DNA from: Octopus bimaculoides
Lineage: Eukaryota
Length of the DNA: 63,986 nt
NCBI RefSeq assembly: GCF_001194135.2
Contig: NC_068992.1
Span: 36,707,702-36,771,687, forward strand
Reading direction: 5' to 3'
Position numbers and translations under genes: made by a program
Shown: positions 12,603 to 25,254 of the stretch, piece after piece
How positions within the stretch are numbered: the first letter of the stretch is position 1
How the letters are laid out: each line of letters begins with the position of its first letter
The notes under the pieces: generated by a model
What the model saw: only the letters and a program-made list of their open reading frames with translations
Database searches by the model: none
Told to the model about the DNA's origin: nothing

Positions 12603-12740
12603 CGTAGTGCAGTTGCAACAGTAGCAGCAGCAGCAACAACAACAACAACAGCAACTATAGCAGCTGCAACAGCAGTTACAGCAGCAATTTCAGCATCAGC
12701 AGCAACAGCTACAACAGCAACAACAACAAAACCAACAGTC
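12603..12740 (+). repeat. (CAG/CAA)n polyglutamine-type array in Gypsy gag N-terminus
   Basis: Mixed GCA/ACA trinucleotide run just after MENLL. Confidence 0.8.
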
Positions 12741-13538
12741 GCTGGAATTAACGCTGAAGGAGTCTGAAAATATTTCAGGTTCGTAATCACCAGACAGCGT
12801 AGCAAACTCAATTGAAGAATTCAACTATAAACCAGAAGAAAGGATTACCTTCTCTGCTTATTTTTGTAGATACGAAAAATCTTCAAAGAATATAAAAGTT
12901 GGTCCGACGAGAAAAAAGTACGATTATTTTTAAGAAAGTAAAGTTATCCCCTGCCGAACATGAAAAATATAGTAATTATATTCTGCCAAAGAAACCAGGG
13001 GAGTTTTTTTCAATGAAACAATCGATATTTCATCGAAATTTTTCAATGAGAGAAGTACCCTGTTTAATACTCGCTGGCAATGTTTAAATTTGGTCAAAAA
13101 AAAAATGATGAAAATTTCATCTAAGCCAGAGTGGTTAACAGAGAGTGTGAGAAATGCAAATTGAATACGTTGACCCTGGACATGTTCGCGTGTTTAATTT
13201 TTGTTCAATGGCTTACTGCAAGCAAAGATGCAGGTATGTGTTCCTGGATATTAACAAAATTAGCTCAGGATCAAAATTTAACTTTATACGCAGTAGCAGA
13301 AGAATGTCAGAGGATTATAAATCTATGACATGATGCAAATAAAACTGAAGAGAAAGATTGCTCTCAGATTCAAGTGTGTCCACCGGTAACGAATAAGAAA
13401 CAAGAAAAAATGTCAAGGCCGAATCTATGTTAAGGGTGCGGCGATCTACATTTTAAATATAAATGTCCGTTTAAAAATCTAAAATGCTTCAAGTGTGGTA
13501 AAATAGGCCATAAAATGTCACGCTGTAGGACAGAACCT

Positions 13539-13916
13539 GTTGTTGTCGGCACTCCGTCGCTTACGACGTCCGATGAACGGAACAGCCTGCTCGTCAAATT
13601 AACGTGCAAGTGGCAACTGGCTAAGCACTCCACAGACACGTGTACTCTTAATGTAGTTCTTGGGGGGGATTCAGCGTGACACAGTGTGACAAGGTTGACC
13701 CTTTGAATTACAGGCACAGCAGAAACAGGAAGTAAGAGTGAGAGAAAGTTGTGGTGAAAGAGTACAGCAGGCTTCGCCACCATCCCCTGCCGGTGCCTCG
13801 TGGAGCTTTAGGTGTTTTCGCTCAATAAACACTCGCAACGCCCGGTCTGGGAATCGAAATCGCGATCCTATGACCGCGAGTCCGCTGCCATAACCACTGG
13901 GCCATTGCGCCTCCAC
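13539..13916 (-). mobile_element. tRNA-derived SINE inserted in Gypsy gag with 12-bp target-site duplication
   Basis: Head GGAGGCGCAATGGCCCAGTGG (A box) ... GATTTCGATTCCC (B-box-like); short (CAA) tail; AGGACAGAACCT duplicated at 13527-13538 and 13917-13928. Confidence 0.92.
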
Positions 13917-15721
13917 AGGACAGAACCTATAGGGAGGTTTAACAGAAAAAATCGCGTAAACGGATTATCGGTAAGAAAAAGTACGAACAAACCTCAAAGA
14001 AAATTTGTGTATGTAAAAATTAATAACACAAACGTAAAGTTACAATTGGATTCAGGCAGTGACATCTTAATAACTAACTAAATTAGATGAAACTTCGAAA
14101 ATTGCCTGTGGTGTTTCAGGAAAAAAATTATATTTTAAGGGCGAATTGATAACTAACATCAGATTTCGTGAAAAAACTTAAAAGCCAAAGCTTTTGTGTT
14201 AAACAATACCACAAATTTATTCGGTACTGACTGGATGGAATTACTTAACCTATGGGACCTCTCCATAAATCTTTTCTGTAAAAATGTGAATGGTTTTTCC
14301 TCCAGCAAAAAAAATGTCGTCAAACGAATTGAAAAGAAAAATTTTAAAGTCCTGTCTGATAAATTAGGACTGTGTACCAAAACGAAAGCGTGGTTTCAGA
14401 TTAAAGAAAACTTCATACCAGTATTTAAATAAAATACGAACTGTATCATTCGCAGCGTTATAACAGATAGATAGAGAGAGAGATTAGAAAAAATTGAAGC
14501 TATCCAAAAAGTGGAATATAGTCAATGGGCATCACCAACTGTGTACATTAATAAAAAAAGATAATAAAATCAGAGTGTGTGCTGATTTCTCCACTGGTTT
14601 AAACGAATGTCTTAAAACGTGCCACTATCTGCTACCTACTCCAGATGATATTTTTGCGAAATTAAACGGCAGCAAGATATTTTCTAAATTGGATCTCTCT
14701 GTCGCGTACCTAAAAATTAGAGTAGACGATGAATGCTCTAAATATCTAACAATTAACAAACATATAGGATTGTATAAATACAACAGGTTATCATTTGGCT
14801 TAAAAGTCGCACCAACGTCTTTTCAACAGATTATGGATGCAATGTTAGCGGACTGAATTCGCAATTCCATATCATTAAAAGCGAATGTGTATTCGAAAAA
14901 ATTAGGGACTACGGCTTTACTTTGAGTGAAGAAAAGTGTGAACTTTTCTTACCGAAATAAGATATTTAAGACAAATCATTGACAGAAATGGACGTCGTGC
15001 ATCCCCGTTGAGGGAAGACGCAATTAAAAATATGCCCCCTCCGACAAATATAGCGATTTTACAAGCATTTTTGGGAGTGTCACATTATTACCGAAATTAT
15101 ATTTTAAATATGCACAATGTGAGGGTTCCACTGAATAATCTGCTCAAAAAAGGTATGAAATGGAATTGGTCGGAAAATTGTCAAAAGGCCTTTGAAGAAA
15201 TAAAAAAAATATTAATATCTGATTTGTCGTTATCACACTTTGATCCTGCAGCGGAGGTTGTAATAGCTTTAGACGCGTCTGAGTACGGTATAGGAGCAGT
15301 AATGCTACATAAATATAAAGATGGTAACATGAAAGCGATGGTTCATGCCTCACTTTCTCTGATATCAGCTGAGAAAAATTATAGCCAAATTGAAAAAGAA
15401 GCTTTAGCGATCATTTTTGCCATAAAAAGATTTCACAGATTTTTACACGGAAGAAGTTTTCGTCTACAGACTAATCATCATCCGTTATTATCGATATTTG
15501 GGTCGAAAAGGGAATCCCTTCCATACTGCTAATCGATTGCAACACTGGATATTATTAAACTATGATTTCAAGATGGAGTATATATCATCCAAGAAGTTTA
15601 GCTCATGCTGATTGTCTATCATGATTGATTTTAAGAAATGCTGAACTATTGGGAGATACTGTGATTGATGTTTTGCGAGCGGAAGATGAAATTTAAAATG
15701 TTTTGTGTAACGTCATTCGTG

Positions 15722-15845
15722 AATAAAAAAAGGTACTGAAACCTATTTGAAAATGATACCAGGCTTACCATCCCTACAAGTAGTGCAAAAAATCGTGTTA
15801 ACTGGAACGACTCATGTACTGAGAAGAGCATTATCGCTGTGAAAA
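15722..15845 (+). mobile_element. R4/Dong-like LINE 3' stub
   Basis: KKGTETYLKMIPGLPSLQVVQKIVLTGTTHVLRRALSL* matches the C-terminus of the restriction-like endonuclease (RLE) domain. Confidence 0.7.
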
Positions 15846-16015
15846 CAACATCCATTAATGAATTATTCATTAATTATTTTTTTTTTAAAATACATATTTT
15901 ACCTGTGAATTTGCGTGTGAAAACTGGGAATGCATACAATGAGCTTCTTCTGCCCTAGGTGTACAGAAAACACTCGGCAAGAAATGAAAGAAATTTTGAA
16001 GAAAGAAGAAAAAAC

Positions 16016-16047
<32 letters not shown>

Positions 16048-16518
16048 NNNNNNNNNNNNNNNNNNNNNNNNNNNNNNNNNNNNNNNNNNNNNNNNNNNNN
16101 NNNNNNNNNNNNNNNNNNNNNNNNNNNNNNNNNNNNNNNNNNNNNNNNNNNNNNNNNNNNNNNNNNNNNNNNNNNNNNNNNNNNNNNNNNNNNNNNNNNN
16201 NNNNNNNNNNNNNNNNNNNNNNNNNNNNNNNNNNNNNNNNNNNNNNNNNNNNNNNNNNNNNNNNNNNNNNNNNNNNNNNNNNNNNNNNNNNNNNNNNNNN
16301 NNNNNNNNNNNNNNNNNNNNNNNNNNNNNNNNNNNNNNNNNNNNNNNNNNNNNNNNNNNNNNNNNNNNNNNNNNNNNNNNNNNNNNNNNNNNNNNNNNNN
16401 NNNNNNNNNNNNNNNNNNNNNNNNNNNNNNNNNNNNNNNNNNNNNNNNNNNNNNNNNNNNNNNNNNNNNNNNNNNNNNNNNNNNNNNNNNNNNNNNNNNN
16501 NNNNNNNNNNNNNNNNNN

Positions 16519-17886
<1,368 letters not shown>

Positions 17887-17989
17887 ATGGAAAGTAGAAA
17901 ATAGAAATAATACTTCTCCAATAGGTAACGTCTCCAGCGAGGACAGAAATGACGCAAGCTCAAAGTTGAAACCGAAAGTATCGATTCGG

Positions 17990-19570
17990 TCCTTGGGCTA
18001 TTTCAGACGTGAAATATAACTGAAACTAACAACATTATTTGAGCTGCAGCTATGGTTGCTGCAGATAGGGTTGGATACAAAAGAAGTGAACAAACAGAAC
18101 GTAAAGAATCATACTAGCGAAGACGAATTTTTGAGAAACAAAGTTAAAAATTCATTTAGGACATGTTGATAGATTGAGTAAAGGATAATTGCAGTACGAA
18201 AGCATAAGAATAGTGAAACAAAGAGTAGTAGCATTGAAGGTAAAACTGGAAAGATATGACAATAGAACAACACAATTCAGGCAAAACATTGTTTGAAGGA
18301 AATCAGAAGAAACTGTTTCAGGAATTAGATGGGCAATTACACGTAACAATGAGACCAGATGTAGAGGAAAACAAGGCATTCTGGAGAGGGATCTGGGACC
18401 AACCTGTAGAGCAGAGTGGCTGCATGAACTCACAGAGAGGTTAAGAAATATAGAAGGCCAAGTTCACATTAGAATCACTGCAGAAATGATAAAAAAGCAG
18501 TTAAGAAAATTCCCAAATTGGAAGAGTCCAGGACCGGATGGGTCCAAGGATATTGGACAAAGAGCTGAGGGGACTCCATGAAAGGAGCTAGATGAGTGTT
18601 TGCAGGAAGACGCAGTGTCCAACTGGATGACAAATGGTAAGACATTGTTATGTACCTAGGATCCTGAAAAGGGAAGTGTTGCATCCAACTTTCGACCAGC
18701 GTATGTCGAAACTTATGTCAGGTGCTTTAGCCGATGAACTGTATAGTACTTAGAAAAACGTGGGCTGTTATCTATTGAACAGAAAGGGTACCGAAAGAGA
18801 AGCTGGGCAACGAAGGATCAGCTCTTAATCGATAATCTAGAAACTGCAAGAGACAAACGGATTTGACAGCAGAGAATCAAGTATTAGGAGAGGTGAAAAT
18901 CAAGAGAGGAATCTTCCAGTAGGAAAGTATGTCCCCAGTAATCTTTGTGTTGGGAATGATCCCCTTAAGTAAAATACTACAGAAAACAAAGCTGGGGTAT
19001 GATCTGGGAAGAGGTAATGGAAAATTGAACCACTTGCTATTCATGGTCGATTTGAAGTTATTTCACAAAAGGTGAGGCAGAACTGGACAGCCTAATCCAG
19101 TCTGTGTGGATTTTCTCCAATTATATTATGATGGAATTTAGTCTCTCAAAATGTGCTACGACGGTTATGAGACTAGGAAAGCTTGCCAGGACAGAAGGCA
19201 TATGTCTGCCAAGTGGGAAGATGACGAAGGTAATTCAATCTCGATCAAGCTAAAAATACTTGGAAATACTTGAGGCAGATCGAATTAAACAACGACATGA
19301 AGGAAAAGACAAAAAGAGAGTACTTGCGGAGAGTGAGGAAAATATTGACTTCAAAGCTGAATGCCAGAAACATAATTTCGGCAATAGACTCACGTGCAGT
19401 CGCAGTAGTACGGTATGGTGCTGGCATCCTGAAGTGGACAGAGGAAGAGCTAAAGGAGATGGACAGGAAGTAAAGAATGCTACTAATGAGGCAGACATTG
19501 ATCGCTTATGCATGAAGAAAGCAAATAGAGGAAGAGGACTGATAAGTATTGAAGACACACAAGATGTCGA
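17990..19570 (+). mobile_element. R4/Dong-like LINE (second family), degenerate RT region
   Basis: NQKKLFQELDG...FWRGIWD; NWKSPGPDGVQGYW; EYLRRVRKILTSKLNARNIISAID..AV.VVRYGAGIL; RGRGLISIED. Confidence 0.85.
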
Positions 19571-19809
19571 AATATCGTTCACTAGATAACAATGGCACCC
19601 TTCTTTTAATTTTGGCTCTATATCTTCAGGAGGAGTTACCTCAATCCTTTCTATATTAACCAAAATGAAGTAGATTGACAAATATCCTTTCTGAACCCGT
19701 TGAAGACACACAAGATGTCGAAATATCGTTCACTAGATAACAATGGCACTCTTCTTTTAATTTTGACTCTCTATCTTCAGGAGGAGTTACCTCAATCCTT
19801 TCTATATTA
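19549..19809 (+). repeat. ~110-bp direct duplication, 151-bp period
   Basis: 19549-19658 recurs nearly identically at 19700-19809. Confidence 0.9.
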
Positions 19810-19824
19810 TTATTATTATTATTA

Positions 19825-19863
<39 letters not shown>

Positions 19864-19944
19864 GTAGTAGTAGTAGTAGTATTAGTATTATTATTATTAT
19901 TATCATTAATAATGATAATAATAAAAATAATGGTTATCTTACAT

Positions 19945-20050
19945 GTGCCTAGTTTACACTTATCAGATTGTTTGTCATGCTGCGTATATTGGGCTTCGCA
20001 TATTTGTATCCCAGTGTCATTTTCATGGCATGAACTGCTCTCTCACTCAA
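19945..20050 (+). mobile_element. 3' stub of a (TAA)n-tailed non-coding repeat
   Basis: ...ATATTGGGCTTCGCATATTTGTATCCCAGTGTCA...CTGCTCTCTCACTCA(ATA)n is the reverse complement of the ends of the 43548 and 51755 copies. Confidence 0.75.
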
Positions 20051-20079
20051 TAATAATAATAATGATGATGATGATGATG

Positions 20080-20159
<80 letters not shown>

Positions 20160-20674
20160 GCCATTATATACATACTGCATAACTATAAAAACTGTAAACA
20201 ACAGCAAAACGTTTAAAAAAAAGAAAAATTCCAATAGCAAAACAACTTTAGAAATTCAAAAATTCAACAGGCTTAACATCTCTTACTCCCCCTATTCCCA
20301 AAGACTAGAATATTTACAATTTCCAGTGAATATATAAGATCTCATCAAAATAAGTTACGAAACTTACATACCTACAACTTTCGAATACACATACGATCAG
20401 TTTTTAAAAAAAACTTTAATATCTACAACTTCTGTGAATACCTATCATTTCCTTCCCCGAGTATTCGAAAATGTAAACATTCCTTTCATTGAAAAAATAC
20501 TATTGCATTCTCCAACAGGATAGACAAACGAACATCTCAAGAAAACTTTAAAACTTTAATATATTAAATTTTGTATAAAACGTATCACTGACTACATAAA
20601 TATGTAAACATACCTTTTATTGCAACAAAACAATTGAATGCAGAAACGGACAGATTCAACGACGTGAATATCCG

Positions 20675-20731
<57 letters not shown>

Positions 20732-21441
20732 NNNNNNNNNNNNNNNNNNNNNNNNNNNNNNNNNNNNNNNNNNNNNNNNNNNNNNNNNNNNNNNNNNNNN
20801 NNNNNNNNNNNNNNNNNNNNNNNNNNNNNNNNNNNNNNNNNNNNNNNNNNNNNNNNNNNNNNNNNNNNNNNNNNNNNNNNNNNNNNNNNNNNNNNNNNNN
20901 NNNNNNNNNNNNNNNNNNNNNNNNNNNNNNNNNNNNNNNNNNNNNNNNNNNNNNNNNNNNNNNNNNNNNNNNNNNNNNNNNNNNNNNNNNNNNNNNNNNN
21001 NNNNNNNNNNNNNNNNNNNNNNNNNNNNNNNNNNNNNNNNNNNNNNNNNNNNNNNNNNNNNNNNNNNNNNNNNNNNNNNNNNNNNNNNNNNNNNNNNNNN
21101 NNNNNNNNNNNNNNNNNNNNNNNNNNNNNNNNNNNNNNNNNNNNNNNNNNNNNNNNNNNNNNNNNNNNNNNNNNNNNNNNNNNNNNNNNNNNNNNNNNNN
21201 NNNNNNNNNNNNNNNNNNNNNNNNNNNNNNNNNNNNNNNNNNNNNNNNNNNNNNNNNNNNNNNNNNNNNNNNNNNNNNNNNNNNNNNNNNNNNNNNNNNN
21301 NNNNNNNNNNNNNNNNNNNNNNNNNNNNNNNNNNNNNNNNNNNNNNNNNNNNNNNNNNNNNNNNNNNNNNNNNNNNNNNNNNNNNNNNNNNNNNNNNNNN
21401 NNNNNNNNNNNNNNNNNNNNNNNNNNNNNNNNNNNNNNNNN

Positions 21442-24400
21442 TGGGGTCGGTTAGACTGAGGGTGGGAGTAGAGGTGGGTATGTGGGTTAGGCTGAGGGTG
21501 TGGGCAGAGGTGGGGTATGTGGGAATGGGGGTAAGGGATGGGATAGGGTGGTATGGATAGCGAAGGTGGGGTTGGATTGTGTAGGAGTAGGGTTACGAGG
21601 GTGGGGTGATGATAAAGGGAGAGGGGAAGGGAGAATGTGGGTAAGAGTGAAGAGAAGAGAGAAGGAGAGTAGGCGTGAAGAGAGGAAATAGGAGTCGGAG
21701 CAAGAGAGGAGAGGTGGGAGGGAGCAAGTAGGTGTGAGAGGGAGAAAGGAGAGGGAAGGAGGAGAGTTGAGCCCATGTGGCGCAAAAGAGCGAAGAGACG
21801 ATTAATCCCTGTTCACGCGAAAACGGGAGTGCAGATGGGCCCTGTGCAAGGACATTCCGAACAAAGACAGGTGTTGCAAAGAGTTACCGGTAGAGCGGAA
21901 ATGGCGCGAGACCGGGGTGTCATTGCCGAGTCGGATGTCTCGGTTTTCTGCGAACAGGTCAGCCAAGCGGCGTCCCGTTTGCCCTATGTATAGAGAAGGG
22001 CAGAGAGAGCAAGAGATGCAGTAGATGACACTGGTAGAAGTGCGGGTGAAGGAGTCGGTGATATGATAGGGTTGATGATGGGTGCCGGTGAGAAGGGTGG
22101 TGTTGGAGAGGTAAGGGCAAGTGCGGAATCGTGGGAGGGAGCAAGGGAACGAGCCGGGTTGGGAGGTTGGGTTAGGGAAGAAGCTGCTGACCAAGAGGTC
22201 TTGTGGGTTTTGGGCTCGTTTGAAGGAAGAGAGGGGTCGGACTGGAGTCGCTAGAAGGTTCGGAGAATGGGGTGTTGGAGAGGTAGAGTGGTGGTGTGGT
22301 AGCTGAGGGGAAACGGAGAGTGAGACGGTGGGACGGGTGTGGGGGAGATAGCAGATGCACAGTCCACGGAACGTGCTCTGGCAAGGGCGGTGTGGATAGT
22401 GGTGAAGAGATATCCACGTAGGATGAAGTGGTGAGCCATGAATTTCGACTGTCTCAAAGTCATGATCGTCACTGCAGAATCTGTATAGACAGAGGAATTG
22501 GAAATAGGGGATGGAAAGCTTAGTGTGTTTAGTGTGGAAGGAGGAGAAGTTGAGGTATGAATGTGAGTCTGTGTGTTTATAGTGGATGGAGGTGGTGAGA
22601 GTGGAGTGATGAATGCTGACCGAAAGGTCAAGAAAGGAGACAGAGGTGTCAGAGATAGTGCAGAAGAAGCAGAGGGCAGGATGGAAAGATTTGACAAAAG
22701 AGAGGAAGGCTTCTAGATGGTCACGGGAGAGTGAGGTCGCACCGATACATTCGTCAATAAAATGGCCATATAGTTCGGGAGTGGGACCAGTGAAACTTGA
22801 GAATATTTGGGCCTCAACGTAACCAACGAACAGGTTCGCATAGTTGGGGCCCAGTTCTCTTTCCCATGGCCACTCCCGCGAACTGCTGGTAAATATTACC
22901 AGAGAACGAGAAGCAGTGGAGTGAAAGGACAAGTTCGGCCAGAGGAACGAATGTGGATGTGTCGGNNNNNNNNNNNNNNNNNNNNNNNNNNNNNNNNNNN
23001 NNNNNNNNNNNNNNNNNNNNNNNNNNNNNNNNNNNNNNNNNNNNNNNNNNNNNNNNNNNNNNNNNNNNNNNNNNNNNNNNNNNNNNNNNNNNNNNNNNNN
23101 NNNNNNNNNNNNNNNNNNNNNNNNNNNNNNNNNNNNNNNNNNNNNNNNNNNNNNNNNNNNNNNNNNNNNNNNNNNNNNNNNNNNNNNNNNNNNNNNNNNN
23201 NNNNNNNNNNNNNNNNNNNNNNNNNNNNNNNNNNNNNNNNNNNNNNNNNNNNNNNNNNNNNNNNNNNNNNNNNNNNNNNNNNNNNNNNNNNNNNNNNNNN
23301 NNNNNNNNNNNNNNNNNNNNNNNNNNNNNNNNNNNNNNNNNNNNNNNNNNNNNNNNNNNNNNNNNNNNNNNNNNNNNNNNNNNNNNNNNNNNNNNNNNNG
23401 AGGAGATGAGGTCATGGATAGTGGGGGACACAGTTTGTTGGTAGCTGGGCGTGGGGTCAGAGGGCAGAGGGCAGCAGAAGGAGGTGTCTTGAAGTTAGCG
23501 GAGAGTTTCCGCCCTGTAGAGGTCTGCGCGCCACACTACCATGGCACCACCCTTGTCGGCCAGTTTTATGATGATGTCAGTGCGACGTCGGAGACATCAA
23601 AGGGCCGACAGCTTGGCTGGAGAGATGTTCATTGACGGGGACGCCTGGAAAAGTTAAACCGGTCCACTGGGATGGTCGGCGGCCCTCGTCGATAAAGCAG
23701 TCCTCCTCATTAGACGCAGGAGGAGTGTTGCGAAAAAGCGCACACAACCTAACACGGCGCACAAAGCTGTGGATATCCGCACGAGTCTGAAATATGTTGC
23801 TGGATGGAGTGAGGGTGATGAAGAGCAGGCCCCTACTGAGGAGGGAGCGCTCAGCCTCAGAGAAGGGAAGATCTGGAGAAATGGTAACAGACTGAAGTGG
23901 AGAAGGCGTGGATGGGAAAGAAATAGAAGGGGTGGATGGGATAGAAGTAGGAGAGGTGGACAGGATAGAAGTCGGAGGGGTGGTGGGGATGGTGGAAGGC
24001 TGGAAGGGACGGGGGCGTTGGTGAGGGTAGGATGAGCGTATCAGGGAGGGAGAGGGGTAGTGGAGGAGTCGGGGTAGTGACAACGGGTGTGATGGAATGA
24101 AGGAGTGAATGGAGTTTACGTTGTTTGGTGTGAGTGAGAAATTGATGAAAGAGATGATTAAAATGAATTATGTAACGTAACGTAGTGTTTGCATGGGAGG
24201 GCGACTGAGAAGAGAAGAAGATGGAAAAAGCAAGAGGGAGAAGACAGTCGATGGTGTGTATTTTAGAGAGATTAGAACGAATGGTGGCGCCCATAAGCCG
24301 GTAGAATGTAGAACGGAGTATGGGTAGGAGTGTTGTAGCAGAGTGGTGTGTGGGGTGGAAATGGAGGCGGAAACCTTTAGGAATGAGGCGGTGATGCAAG

Positions 24401-25250
24401 TAGTGGCTGAGAAACGAAATGTGACTACAGAAACGAGATTTTTGAAAATTAGTAGCGAAAGGCTAATAGAAGGCTGAAAGCTGCGGAAAGGAAGTGTCGA
24501 AAGGTGTTGAGGCTTTGGTCTTGTGCAGCAAGACCAAAGGAAGGTGGAAGAGGAAAGGATTGTAATCGGGTATGATTGTAAAAGGAGAAGAAAAGAAAAA
24601 GAAAGGAGAAAAAGGGAAAAAAGAGGGAGAGAGAGAAGGTTATTAAAGATGTGATGTGGAAAAATTCAAAAGGTGTTAGGGAGAAAAAAAGCAAAAAGCG
24701 CGAGGAGAAAAATGCAAAAGGCGTGAGGAAAAAAGAATATATATGAGAGGTGGGAGAAGAGAATAAAAACAACGAAAGAAAGGACGAAGGCGGAAGAAAC
24801 AGAGAAAAAGGGGAAGAAGGGGAGAAGAGAAGACGAAAGGGAAAAAGGAAGGGAGGGAGAGAGAGGCAAGGTAACAGGTGCGGATTAGAGAAAACAGAGT
24901 AAGAACAACCAAAATAGGACGAAACAACGATAGGAAAGAGCAGAAAGTACAAAAAAAGTTTAGAAAGTACAAAACGTTTTAAAAAGTTCAAAAGGTCTAA
25001 AAGCTTCGAACGTCATGGTGTATTGGAACGATTTCTCATCAACAGAAGAGTCTAGTGTAATCCATGGGAAGGAGAGGTGCAGCTGAAGTGTACGAGAGTA
25101 GAAAGTCCAGGTAAAGAATCCATGTAGAATAGTCCAGTGTAGACGGTGTAAAAATTCGTTGGGTAATGAGAGGAAACAGGATCGACTGGTGCGACCACGT
25201 GAGCGTGTAATACATGGGAAAAATTCACTAAAAAATAAAAGACGAAGAAC
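21442..25250 (-). mobile_element. Near full-length Penelope-like element (Neptune-type), GC-rich, frameshifted, central gap
   Basis: N-terminus HHRLIPKGFRLHFHP; LSRGLLF...FVRRVRL; RT GPNYANLFVG...GHFIDECIG (YIDD-like), VSFLDL, HYKHTDSH; linker FPCSLPRFRTC; GIY-YIG VIYCISCSLCPSLYIGQTGR. UTR limits approximate. Confidence 0.9.
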
Positions 25251-25254
25251 TAGT

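Larger units (their letters stand above)
12422..15720 (+). mobile_element. Ty3/Gypsy LTR retrotransposon remnant (short 5' LTR remnant, gag, protease, RT, RNase H; integrase absent)
   Basis: TGTAATAG start at 12422; PBS-like TGGTGACGAG at 12505-12514; gag knuckle CFKCGKIGH...C; protease LQLDSGSD; RT RVCADFSTGLN...KLDLSVAY...RLSFGLKVAP; RNase H ALDASEYGIGAV...YSQIEKEALAIIFA. Many stops and frameshifts. Confidence 0.92.

Noticed and set aside
13343-13375. CUGAAGA followed by a GAGA/UCUC stem in Gypsy gag
   Set aside because: Followed by AGAU instead of GAAA; coincidental coding sequence.
24995-25050. Minus-strand UUGAUGA...UUC-GAAGCUU upstream of the Neptune PLE
   Set aside because: Position is suggestive, but C3 and one A of GAAA are missing and stem I is not evident; needs a family consensus.
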